Assembly: GCA_951406725.2 (NCBI GenBank)
Contig: OX597816.1
Location: forward strand, 171,864,001 to 171,928,000
Reading direction: 5' to 3'
From: Octopus vulgaris
Lineage: Eukaryota
Length of the DNA stretch: 64,000 bases
The notes below the pieces were generated by a model, which was not told where the DNA came from, made no database searches, and was given only the letters and a program-made list of their open reading frames with translations. Made by a program: the position numbers and the translations under genes. Positions 37,468 through 50,195 of this stretch are shown here, one piece after another; the first letter of the stretch is position 1; each line of letters begins with the position of its first letter.

Positions 37468-38276
37468 CTGTCAAGTAGAGAATTATTCAAATAGAGAATT
37501 TTAAAAGAAACTGTCTTATTACCGAAGAAAAAATACACGAACTTATGCACATACATATATGCATGTTTACATGCGCACACACACACATAAACATAATTAC
37601 AGGATAAAGTCATTAAAATTAAAGAATTTTATCAGTGGCCAGCATATAAAATCCTTTAAAACAAAATACATATACAGAGATATATAATTGTATAGGGTAC
37701 AAAACGTATATATTTTTCGCATCCTTTTTTGTCGGTATGTATCAATATTTTCATTTATTTCACTTGGTATGTTTTGCTGATGAAGGAAGAGTTATCAAAC
37801 TAATACAGAAACTGATCAATCCAAAACTAACTGAATTATTTTATGAATTTTTAGTCAGTCTTCTTTTCCGCTTTCAGCTTATGTGTGGAGTGAACATTTA
37901 AAGTGGTGAGACGAATTCAGCGTCTTCTTTCTGAATATAGGCACAGTAGCTTTTGAGCTCTTAAGTATAATTGTACCCTATGCAATTATATATATATATA
38001 TATATATAGGGAGAATTCACAAAAAAAAAAATTCAAAAGACGAAGACTGGTGGTGTAGACAACAAACAGATGTATAACGATCTGGAAGTGAAAAAGTCTT
38101 TAACGTTTCGAGCCTATGCTCTTCCACAGAAAGGGACACAGAAAGACACAAGGAGAGAAAATACAGAATATGTAGTGGCTAGCAATCTATCATGGCAAAT
38201 ATATATATATATATCATCATGATCATCGTCATCGTTTAACGTCCATTTTCCATGCTAGCATGGGTTGGACGATTCA

Positions 38277-38355
<79 letters not shown>

Positions 38356-39237
38356 ATATGTATATAAAGTAAAATACAAAATGGGACAAAAACGCAAAAC
38401 ATCCAGACAACAAAAAGGGACAACAAAACATCCAGATAGACAATACAAAAAAACAAGGACGGGTCATCCCACACTTTCTTCCAGTCTTTTCAGGTATTTA
38501 TGATCTGAATTATGGTACCCCTTAGCAACCTTCAATCTGGCTGGTACCTTGCATCAGTCATAGACCTGGCTTTTAAACCACAGCAAGCTGTTTTATGCAA
38601 ACTCCCAGTTGTCCACTGTGTTGTAATTCCCCGTCCCCTCTTCCCATCAAATAAATCTACTCATTTCTATTAACCTTTCTACCAGCTGAAGGGGACATAT
38701 TTCAACCAAATAATTTCCTATTTCAAATTCTCTTGTATTTCTGGGTCTGCCTAGCTCTTACTCTACTTTACCTGTTCCGTTCATTAATCCACCATCATAT
38801 ATTCAAATTCCTCAGGTTTGGCATCTCTGTTTCAGTATTTGGACTGCGGTCATACTGGAGCACACTGCCTCAAAGAGTTTAGTCAGACAAATTGACTCCT
38901 TACTATTTAATTTTTTAAGCCTGGTGCTTATTCTAATCAGTCTCTCTTGCCAAACCGCTATGTAACATGGATGTAAACAAACCAACACCAGTTATGAAAC
39001 AGTGGTTGGGAACAAACACACACACATAGATATATACATAATGCACACACACACACACATAAATGATGGGCTTCTTTCAGTTTCCACCAGCCAAATACAC
39101 TCACAAGACTGGCTATTCTGAAGTAAGTCATTTGCCTGAGGTGCCAGGCAGTAGGACTGAACCAGGTACCTTGTAGTTGGGAAGCAAATGTCTTACCACA
39201 CACCCACACATACATACATTCACACACACACACACAC

Positions 39238-39515
39238 TGTGGGATGACGTCAGCAGCTGGGTGCGTTGACCGGAAGCTGGGGCAACCAGAAGGGGCAGCT
39301 GTGAAGCGTGCGCAGGCAGCGGTCAATTGGGCCTTTCCAACGTGGGTCGTGCAGGTGACAAGACATGTGCAGACGTCGCTAAGGGCTTGGGCTAGCAGCT
39401 GCTATCGTTAGTGTTCGGGTCGGGGCTGTGTCGAAGGACTAGTTACCACAGAAGGGTCTCCATCGCGAGGAAGAGAAGGTAGGTGCCTTTATATTCAAAT
39501 CGCGCACGCACCACA
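39238..39515. mobile_element. Probable solo LTR
   Basis: GC-rich ~280-bp block with TGTGG...CCACA termini and CACAC on both sides (inside a (CA)n tract, so the TSD is weak evidence). TATAAA on the minus strand. Confidence 0.5.
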
Positions 39516-40148
39516 CACACATCACTATCACACAAGCAATGTTTTCAATTCTTTATTATATTTTATTTTCGTATTATGGTCAACTTCTTCCTCAATACAA
39601 AATTCTTAATTAATTGAAATTTCCCACTTTAAAAGGTTCTTTTATTCCTTTTTCTGATTAAGAAGCAAACTTCAATTAACCGAGAAATTTCTGTAAACAT
39701 TATTTTGTACATCAACCCTTAATTCGTTAAACCAAGCTGTTCTTTCTCTGTTAGATAAATATATTTAATTACATCAAATGCAACAGGATAATTAGGCAGG
39801 ATAATTTGATGAGAGATTAACCATAATAGTCACCATCATTAACATTAGTAGTTGTTGGCTTTGTTTGGTTTTGTTGTTTTTCTAAATCATGCTAAGTCGA
39901 CAGACAAAACAGATTAAGGTAGTCATTGATCAATTAACTCAGCTGTTATCATTCACACCTGTAAGGAACAAATCCTTATTTTGAAATTAATCATTTGACA
40001 TTAACAGTAATTTGTGTTCCAATTACCTGACACATATCTGGAGAGAATTGCTGTGACAGATTTTCAGCCAACCTTGTTTACCTATAAAATGTGAAATTCC
40101 AATAATGTGTGTGTGTGTGTGCGTGTACACATACACACACATATATAC

Positions 40149-40835
40149 AGGTGTGGCAGAGTGATAAGAAGCCTTATGAGTGGATTTGGTAGATGGAAAC
40201 AGAAAGAAGCCTGTCATATATATATGTCTTTGCGTCTGTGTTTGTCCCTCCACCATCACTTGACAATTAGCTTTGGTGTGTTTGTCCCTGTAACTTAGTA
40301 GTTCAGCAAAAGAGACTGATAGAACAAATACTAGGCTTACAAAGAATAAATTCTGGAGTTGATTTTTTCGACTACAACCCTTTAAGGCAGTGCTCCAGCA
40401 TAGCCACAGTCAATGACTGAAACGTGCAAAAGACTATATATATACTTTCTCTTTTACTTGTTTCAGTCATTTGACTGTGGCCATGCTGAAGCACCACCTT
40501 TAGTCGAGCAAATCGACCCCGGGATTTATTCTTTGTAAGCCCAGTACTTATTCTATCGGTCTCTTTTGCCGAACCGCTAAGTTACGGGGACGTAAACACA
40601 CCAGCATCGGTTGTCAAGCGATGTTGGGGGGACAAACACAGACACATAAACACATATATATATACATATATACGACGGGCTTCTTTCAGTTTCCGTCTAC
40701 CAAATCCACTCACAAGGCTTTGGTCGGCCCGAGGCTATAGCAGAAGACACTTGCCCAAAGTGCCACGCAGTGGGATTGAACCCGTTACCATGTGGTTGGT
40801 AAGCAAGCTACTTACCACACAGCCACTCCTGCACC
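40149..40835. mobile_element. Tail-to-tail inverted pair of SINE A copies (40149-40433 +, 40446-40835 -)
   Basis: Two family-A copies in opposite orientation separated by ~12 bp of (TA)n. Confidence 0.85.
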
Positions 40836-40999
40836 TATAATGTATAATGTATTTTTCATTTATTTACATTTGGTATATTGCTGCTGATAATTAGAAAGGG
40901 TTTTTAATAACTCAAACCATAAACTCTATAGATTTGGGACTATCCAAATTATTTTATAAACCCTTGTTGTCTCTTTTCCTCACTTACAACCTTGTGTAA

Positions 41000-41955
41000 T
41001 CTATATATATAAAACTGTAGTTGTGTGAGTGTCTGTCCCCTTCGATTTAGATTCCTAACTACTCCCACATTTTGCGGTGCAGTTTAACCAAAACCGGGTA
41101 TCTTATAGTCGTGATTCATATTGAGCCCATCTGGGTATTAGCGCGCGTCTACGATGAGTCTACGATTTTAAAAATAATTTAACATCATTTTTTATTCCAT
41201 TTTAATGCATATTTTTTCGTGTGTCGATGGCGGCGGAGTTGGCGTCCACGCTCACACCTGCATCTGTTTGCTTCTCCCCCTTCTTCCCTCCCTCGTGAAG
41301 CTGTGGGGAAGGGAGTGTAAGGAAATCAACGTCGTAATGCGTTGTCAAGGAGACCAGCGTTCTTTTAGAACAACGACTTCATGGCTTGAAGTCGCCAAAA
41401 CAGAAATCGCTAAAAAAGCTGAAACAGATCCACAAAAACAGCAATTACCGCCACACAGGGCAGGTTTCCTGTGCAAACAATTTGCACAACCGAATGTTTT
41501 AGTTGTTGCACAAATCTGTATATATAAAACAGCAGTAGTCTTTTGGGAACAACAATATCTTTATATATAAAAGTGAGGTTGTGTGTCTGTCTCCTTCGAT
41601 TTAGATTCCTAACTACTCCCACATTTTGCGGTGCAGTGTAACCAAAACCAGGTATCTTATAGTCGTGATTCATATCGAGCCCTTCTGGGTATTAGCGTGC
41701 ATCTACGATGAGTCTACGATTTAAAAAAAAATTTACCATCATTTTTTATTCCATTTTAATGCATTTTTCGCTATTATATAAGGGAAGTAACTCTCTAAAA
41801 ATGTCTACGATGAGTCAACGATTTAAAAAAAAACTACCATCATTTTTTATTCCATTTTTAATGCATTTTTTGCTATTTTTTGGCTATAACTCACTAAAAA
41901 TGCTTATATAGTTATTTCCCTTACAAACCCGAGCAACGCCGGGCGATACTGCTAG
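41000..41955 (+). mobile_element. Composite Helitron H1 (two 5' ends at 41000 and 41558, one 3' end)
   Basis: TCTATATATATAAAA and TCTTTATATATAAAAG starts, extra sequence at ~41220-41555, terminal hairpin + CTAG|T. Confidence 0.85.
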
Positions 41956-42042
41956 TGGAGTAATAATCGAAGTGGTTCCTAGACTATTTGGGGCCTATTT
42001 CAAGCAGACTGGTGTTGTAATCATTCAACACCTTTATTATAA

Positions 42043-42073
<31 letters not shown>

Positions 42074-42074
42074 G

Positions 42075-43062
42075 TAATGTCAGTGTGCATGCACGACAGA
42101 GCGTTAGTACCCTGAGAGAAATGTTAGACCTAAGGAGCATCAGTTGTGGTGTGCAAGAGAGACGATTGCACTGGTATGGTCATGTGGCGAGAATGGATGA
42201 AGATAGGTGTGTGAAAAAGTGCCAATCCCTAGCAGTGGAGGGAACCCGTGGAAGAGGTAGACCCAGGAAAACTTGGGACGAAGTGGTGAAGCACGACCTT
42301 CGAACTTTAGGTCTCACTGAGGAAATGAACAGCGACCGAGACCTTTGGAAATATGCTGTGTGTGAAAAGACCAGGCAGGACAAGTGAGTCCAGCCCACTT
42401 ATGCATGCCTTTCCTCCCTTGGACACACAAAGACCTGTTGAGGCAAGCGAAGTCGATATCGAACCTCATCCGACGACAGACACCTATGCCAACCCCCCTT
42501 TGCTTGCGAAGACCTGTTGGGGCAAGTGAAATCGGAATCGAAATTGAACCAATCCTATGACTGGCACCCGGCAGATGCCAGGATCCCTGGACTGGAGATA
42601 CGTAAAAAGCACTATCCGAATCGTGGCCGATGCCAGCGCCACCTCGACTGGCTTCCGTGTCAGTGGCACGTAAAAAGCACCATCCGAATCGTGGCCGAAT
42701 CCCTGGACTGGAGATACGTGGCCAGGATCCCTGGACTGGAGATACGTAAAAAGCACTATCCGAATCGTGGCCGATGCCAGCGCCGCCTCGACTGGCTTAC
42801 GTGCAAGTGGCACGTAAAATGCACCAATCTGACCGTGGCCAATGCCAGCCTCGCCTGGCACCAGTGCAGGTGGCATGTAAAAAGCACCCACTACACTCAC
42901 GGAGTGGTTGGCGTTAGGAAGGGCATCCAGCTGTAGAAACATTGTCAGATAAGACCGGAGCCTGGTGCAGCCTTCTGGCTTCCCAGATCCCCGGTCGAAC
43001 TGTCCAACCCATGCTAGCATGGAGAACGGACATTAAACGATGATGATGATGATGATGATGAT
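42075..43062 (+). mobile_element. 5'-truncated RTE-clade LINE with full 3' UTR and (GAT)n tail
   Basis: RLHWYGHVARM...GRGRPRKTW. The 3' UTR has GTGGCACGTAAAAAGCAC subrepeats. Confidence 0.9.
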
Positions 43063-43173
43063 GGTATATATAGTCAATACAGATAAAGGGTGAAATATAA
43101 TTAATTTAATAAAATCAATAAATTTCACCAAGTAGTATTTCGGTATGGAAAAGGACCATATTCGGTAAAAATT

Positions 43174-43450
43174 TATATAATTATAATAATAAGGGTTTTT
43201 TGTAACAAGTTGCTTAAACCGCATACTGAAAATATTAGAAATAGCAGTCAAAGGACTACTATTTCTTTTACTACAAAAATAAGTCTCCACAAACAATATT
43301 TGTAACTCACATATGTTACAAATATTGTTGTGTGTGGTGACTTATTTTTGTAGTAAAAGAAATAGTAGTCCTTTGACTGCTATTTCTAATATTTTCAGTA
43401 TGCGGTTTAAGCAACTTGTTACAAAAAACCCTTATTATTATAATTATATA
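43174..43450. repeat. Near-perfect ~275-bp palindrome (arms ~133 bp, 8-nt spacer)
   Basis: Arms are reverse complements apart from a few differences near the centre. Confidence 0.92.
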
Positions 43451-43845
43451 CTCTTTTTACTCTTTTACTTGTTTCAGTCATTTGACTGCGGCCATGCTGG
43501 AGCACCGCCTTTAATCGAGCAACTCGACCCTGGGACTTATTCTTTTGTAAGCCCAGTACTTATTCTATCGGTCTCTTTTGCTGAACCACTAAGTAACGGG
43601 GACATAAACATACCAGCATCGGTTTTCAAGCAATGCTAGGGGGACAAACACAGACACACAAACACACACACGCATATATATATATATATACATATATACG
43701 ACGGGCTTCTTTCAGTTTCCGTCTACCAAATCCACTCACAAGGTTTTGGTCGGCCCAAGGCTATAGTAGAAGACACTTGCCCAAGATGCCACGCAGTGGG
43801 ACTGAACCCGGAACCATGTGGTTGGTAAGCAAGCTACTTACCACA
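43451..43845 (-). mobile_element. SINE family A
   Basis: Matches family A. Confidence 0.9.
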
Positions 43846-44410
43846 CACACACACACAATCCAGCTAAGGATGCTTTCCATTTAGATTTTACCTTGTTATT
43901 GCTTCACAGAAATTTTCATTTTAAAGGTGTGGCATTTACTTTCTATGATGTAATTAATTATTAGAAAGTTGAAATTTAATCTAATGACTAATTTGTTAAT
44001 TACTACAGAATTAAGAGAACAAACTAATGAGCTGATGGTGCGTAATGTGATTAATTTTGAATGTATTTAAACACTTTTTGGTAACTGTCTCACCTGCTAA
44101 AAACATTTTTAATCATTTCAAAAACATAAACAAACATAGGCACAGGTGTGGCTGTGTGCTAAGAAGCTTGCTTCCCAACCACATGGTTCTGAGTTCAGTC
44201 CCACTGCATAGCACCTTGAGCAACCAAAGTATTGTGTGGATTTGGTAGATGGAAACTGAAAGAAGCCCATCATATATATTTATTTATATACAGTAGGTAC
44301 TGTAAATTTAGGGTGAATACTTGATGAGTGTAAGTACCTGTATATGCCAGATAGTGGCAGAGGTGAGAGGGTATATCAAATAAAATTAAAAACAGAACAC
44401 AAAGGATATC

Positions 44411-44501
44411 GCGGTACACGTGTTTCAAGCTTTATAAACAATCTCTTCTTACATCAGTGTATAATTGATATAAAAGATGGTTTAAAGCTCTCTTCAGCCG
44501 C
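44411..44501 (-). ncRNA. Type-I hammerhead ribozyme, canonical core
   Basis: GCGG-CUGAAGA-GAGCUUUA...UAAAGCUU-GAAAC-ACGU-GUA-CCGC. Confidence 0.85.
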
Positions 44502-44639
44502 AAACATTGTTATTCCAAAGAATTACATCACACTATGAAAAATATGAAAAGTACATGTAGTATTACCCATTATGATAGGTATATCATATCTCCCTGAGAA
44601 AGTGTATTTTCCACATATGTAGTAGAAATATATATAATA

Positions 44640-45031
44640 CTAGCAGTATCACCCGGCGTTGCTTGGGTTTGTAAGGGAAATAACTATATAAGCATTTTTA
44701 GAGATGTAAAGTATAATAGCCATCTCAATATGGCTAACCACAAGGGGGTTTACTGTAGCTTTTTACGTTCTGAGATTTAATAATAAATTTTTAGAGAGTT
44801 ACTTCCCTTATATATGCCAAAAATGAATTAAAAATGGGAAAAATTGATGGTAAATTTTTTTTTAAATCTTAGACTCATCGTAGACGCGCGCTAATACCCT
44901 GAAGGGCTCGCTATGAATCACGACTATAAGATACCCGGTTTTGGTTAAACTGCACTGCAAAATGTGGGAGTAGTTAGGAATCTAAATCGTAGGAGATAGA
45001 CAGCACACAACCTCACTTTTATATATAAAGA
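44640..45031 (-). mobile_element. Non-autonomous Helitron H1 with an ~85-bp foreign insert
   Basis: H1 termini. ~44701-44785 matches the 53685-53790 family. Confidence 0.85.
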
Positions 45032-45488
45032 TATGCTCTCTGCCTGACTTTAACACCTCTGATGTTATACCGTCTTTCCCTGGCGCCTTTCCGTTTTTCA
45101 AGCCGATGGCTCTTTCAACCTCACTGACAAGGATAGGTGACACATTTTCCCCCTGAAGAATACAGATGGAGTACCGGTCAACGATAAGAGCGAGATGTAA
45201 AAGGTTTGTGAAGACTTCTACACCAAGCTCTAGTCTACCAGAAATATCCAGCCGTTACCACCACTCCAACAGGATATATATATAAAACTGAGAATGTGTG
45301 TCTGTCTGTGTGAATCCCTAAAACTTGAGAACTACACAACCAATTTCATTCAAATTTTACACATGCCTTACTTAGGGTCCATGAAGAAGGTCCGCTATGG
45401 TCTTATATGCTACACCACTGGTTTTCAATTCATATTAATCAAATTAATGTTCAATTTCTCACCCTTATTATTTTAAATTTAAATTTAC

Positions 45489-45591
<103 letters not shown>

Positions 45592-45637
45592 CAGATAGAT
45601 AGATGTATACATATAGATGTATATATATGGGTGTATA

Positions 45638-46770
45638 TCTCTATATATAAAACTGAGAATGTCTGTCTATCTGTCTGTCTGTGTGAATCCACAAAACTTG
45701 AGAACTACACAATCAATTTCATTCAAATTTTACACATGCCTTACTTAGGGTCCATGTAGTGTCATGGGCAAAAGAAATTTTCAACTTCTTGCCTAGAGCG
45801 AGCCCACAGCAATATCATATCTTCTCCACTATTTCAGCATTACGTGTTAAAAGTGAAACAAAAACATCTCTCTATTGTAATGTCAGATGCTTTCACTTTA
45901 ATAATGAAACTATTAAAGTCAAACTATTATATAAGAAGGATGAACCATTCAGTTGCAAAGTGTTGAGTAAAGTTATTTGATTGCAGACCTCCTTTCAGTC
46001 TTTTTATTATCACTGGGTCACACATAGTCCCCAGACGGTAATGTTGATTTCAAGGCCTTCCCAGATGAGTGACTGGTTATTCAAAGACATTTATAGATTG
46101 TAAATTTATTCTGTCCAGTTACATATCAATATAGTGGTCATTTGCAAACTCCAGAGGTGGCCCTTTCATTTCTCCTTAGCCCTCACGTCACACAGTTGTT
46201 AATGTTGATTTCAATTGGGTCACGCCCTTCCAATTGCTATACATTCGTAATGCATCTTACGGCTGTGCCTGTCACCTGGATGGTAAGGAATCCTACACTG
46301 GGAGTGGTAACAACTAGGGTAGGGCAGCTGACTGCTTATTGTCTTTTGGTTTCCTGTAGCAGTGAATATATATTTCCAATTTCAAAGAAATTCAAACAAT
46401 AGATATAAGACCCAAGTTAAAAAGATTCTCAACAATTCAACTTCTCTGGTCGACATTAAGACACCCACCCCCAACAGGGGCCTTAACTCTCACATTTTAG
46501 AGCTCCATGAACTTCATTTTTCAGGAGCAAAATCTTTTTAACAGGTTCAATAAGACCGGAATTTTGGAATATGCGCATAAAAATCAGTAGTATGGGATAC
46601 ATGTGGCACGATTACAATTTTTTTAGGGTGTGTAAAGAGGGAAATAACCCTCACCTGCAATTTTGATGAAATTTGAAACATAGATATTCCAGTTTATTAC
46701 AGAAAATATAACAGAAAAGTCTAATTCTTCAATTGAATGTAACACGGGCAACGCCAGGTATCTCTGCTAG
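45638..46770 (+). mobile_element. Non-autonomous Helitron (family H2, ~1.1 kb; 5' end duplicated at ~45275-45383)
   Basis: Start TCTCTATATATAAAACTGAGAATG; end ACGGGCAACGCCAGGT..CTAG|T. Confidence 0.75.
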
Positions 46771-47165
46771 TATATATATACATATATATATTTAATATAT
46801 ATATGTAATATGTATATAATATATATATATATACATACATAATATATATATGTAAAATATATATAATATATATCTATAATATATATGTATATATATAATA
46901 TGAATAGCGTTGCCTAACTGGCACCTGTGCTGGTGGCATGTGTAAAAAGATTTGAGTGATGCCGTTGCCAGTACCGCCTGACTGGCCTCGTGCCGGTGGC
47001 ACATAAAAAGCACCCACTACACTCTCAGAGTGGTTGGCATAAGGAAGAGCATCCAGCTGTAGAAACTCTGCCAAATCAAGATTAGAGCCTGGTGCAGCCA
47101 TCTGGTTCGCCAGCCCTCAGTCAAAATCGTCCAACCCATGCTAGCATGGAAAGCAGGCATTAAAC

Positions 47166-47216
<51 letters not shown>

Positions 47217-47499
47217 ATATATATATACACATACATATATTATTAATATTTGGGAAGTTATTTCTGAGTCCACAGGAGAGAGAAGTTCAATTTAGTGTTA
47301 CTAAAATGAATTACTCACTGTATTATATACATATATATATATAGATTGGTTTAAGAGACAGAATCACCCTCAAGCAACTCAATCATCATTGAATGACATT
47401 ATCCACAATATGTACATATAGGACTACATATTAGAATTATCAAAATTAATGTCTACAATTCTTATTCCAAATCATCAAAATTAGTACCTTCAATTCTTA

Positions 47500-48510
47500 T
47501 ATCAGATCATATACTTTAGACTACGCAAGATATAGCATATTTTGCCAGAGGAAGCCATTATAGCACTATTGATGTGAACTTTAAAAATAAAGAGAAAGCA
47601 AAAGAACACTCTGTAAACGCAATGAAGAAGGAAAGGGTGATCCTCTTACCCACATATCTTGGAAGAAGAACTTCCAGGGTCAGGGTGGAGGGAATCCCCC
47701 ACTGAAATAGACGTGGCTTGGGTGGCGGCAGCAGTGCTTCTTGCAAGTGAGAAAGAGGTAGCCGTGCTCCAAGCCACAGAAAGAGGAGTAACAAATTGGT
47801 GAGGAAAAATTCTTGACATTATGATACAAACTTCGGCAGAAAATCTGGAAAAATTAGCGGAAACAGTGGCAATGGGAGAAACAGTGATGAAAGTATGGGT
47901 AGACGGCAGAACCCCTTGCTGCTATAAATGGCCACATTAAAGGGCCACATTTAAGGGCCACATTAGAGGGCCACATTAGAGTGGGTTGCCCTCTAAAAAA
48001 CAAGCAAGTGCAGGAGAAAGCTGAGAAGGTGGAAGATAAGGAAGAAACAGACGAGGAAGAAGTATGGAGAGTAGCTGGAAGAAGAAAACAAAGGAAGAGG
48101 AAGAAGGACAGTCAAAGTGAACCCCAACCCGTACTCAACCCACCCTTTACCCTCTCAACCCCACCCTCTCCCTGCAGACACCAAACCCACCCATTCACCA
48201 CCAACACAAAAATAGAAAAGAGAAGTGCAAACACATAAAAAAACCCACAAAACCTCCCTACCACTTGTTATGTTTGTGTTCTATTTAAGGGTATAGATAA
48301 GGAATTGGTGGACAAATTATCGCAATGGAGAGACATGAGAATTGTGAGTATGAAAGGAGATAGAAAGGAAAACATGGTCACAAGCACATCGGTGCCAGAA
48401 TGTCAGATGAGAGAGGTTAAAGAATATACAGAGGGTGTGGGATTCAGAAATGTGATTTGCAACATAAGGAATGTGCCAAACAAGATAGAAAATATGGAAT
48501 TAGAAGAACG
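47500..48510 (+). mobile_element. Decayed Tx1/L1-like ORF1 (gag-like, CCHC knuckle)
   Basis: LPTYLGRRTSRVRVEGIP...VWVDGRTPCCYK..GHIRVGC...WRVAGRRK. The knuckle is disrupted by a 13-bp tandem repeat. Confidence 0.6.
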
Positions 48511-48599
48511 TTAAGGCAGGAGCTCTCTGAACTTTGTCCAGGCTATTCTTATTCTAACAGCTACACTTTCAGAGCATCCAGCCCTGCTACTGATTTGGT

Positions 48600-49950
48600 C
48601 ACCTAGGTAACGGAAGCTATCAACTACTTCTAGTTTTTCTCCATGGAATGTGACAGAAGCTGTTCTCTGCACATTTTCAGTGTTTATAACACCTGAGCAT
48701 TTGCCACATACAAAAACTATCTTCCCAGTTTAGCCTTCCTTTGATATTGCTGCACCTCTTATGTGTCTATAGCTTACACTGGGTACATCTTACCTATGCC
48801 TTTTCTACAGATCGAGCAGAGTCATCTAACTGAAGGGATTAGTGGTTTGTCTGCCTTCCAACTTACTAGGACTTTGGTTTTAGCTAGGTTGACTCTAAGG
48901 TCCTTCGATTCTAATCCTTGCTTCCACACCTGAAACTTTTCCTCTAGTTCTGATAGTGACTCAGCAATTAGAGCAAGGTCATCAGCATAGAGGAGCTCCC
49001 AGGGGCATCCTATCTTGAATTCTTCTTTTATTGCCTGGAAGACTATGATGAATAAGAGGGGGCTGAGGACTGATCCTTGGTGGATCCCTACCCCTACCTG
49101 GAATTCTTCACTGTACTTGTTGCCAACCCTCACCTTACTAGCATCATCCCTGTACATGGCTTGCACAGCTCCTACTAACCCTTCATCTATCCCTAGTTTC
49201 CTCATTGACCACCAGCTAAGGGATTGAAGGACCCTGTCAAAGGCTTTTTCCATGTCAACGAAAGCCAGGTACAGAGGTTTATCTTTGGCTAGGTATTTCT
49301 CCTGCAGCTGTCTTACCAAAAATATAGGATCAGTGGTGCTTTTCCCTGACATGAACCCAAACTGCATCTCATCTAGACTGACTCTCTACCTAATTAGTTG
49401 AGCTATGTGACCTTCATTACTTGATACCTCGGTAATTATTTGTATCTAATTATTTGTGTCTAAAGCATCACCTTTACCTTTGTAGCAATTGACTATGGTA
49501 CTGCTACACCAGTCATTGGATATGACTCCTTCATGTATCACCTGGTTAACTATACGGGTAACTAGGCTAGCTGACACTGCCAAATATTTTGAGCATCTCT
49601 GCAGTGATTCCTAATGGGCCAGGGGCTTTCCCTGTCTTCATACTCTTAATTGCTTTATCTACCAAGGTACTGTCAATTCGAATAGTTGGTCCCTCTGTTG
49701 GGTTGACATTCAGCAGTCTCTCTTTTCCCCATTCATTTAACAACCTTTTATTGTGGCATCTCTAAGTCTTTCTCTTTGCAGCCTCATTAAATGCAAATGA
49801 GTTGTCATCCATGTGGACACATTTCTCTCCTATGACATCATGATTCTCTCTCACACACTGTCTTGCAACATGAAACACCTTAAGTCTTTGGTCTTCACGA
49901 TGCAGAACATTGGTAAGTTTTTTCTTATCTGCTTCCCCTCTAGCTAAATA
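48600..49950 (-). mobile_element. RTE-clade LINE RT fragment
   Basis: QFGFMSGKSTTD...AFVDMEKAFDRV...GIHQGSVLSPLLF...LLYADDL. Confidence 0.92.
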
Positions 49951-50141
49951 AACCTATTTCTTTACTACCCACAAGGGGCTAGCACTGAGAGGACAAACAA
50001 GGACAGACAAACGGATTAAGTCGATTATATCGACCCCAGTGCGAACTGGTACTTAATTTATCGACCCTGAAAGGATGAAAGGCAAAGTCGACCTCGGCGG
50101 AATTTGAACTCAGAACGTAACGGCAGACGAAATACCTATCT

Positions 50142-50195
<54 letters not shown>

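Noticed and set aside
37777-37950. Plus-strand hammerhead (CTGATGA-AGGAAGA...TCTTCTT)
   Set aside because: No intact GAAA or stem I. At most a decayed relic inside a short inverted repeat.
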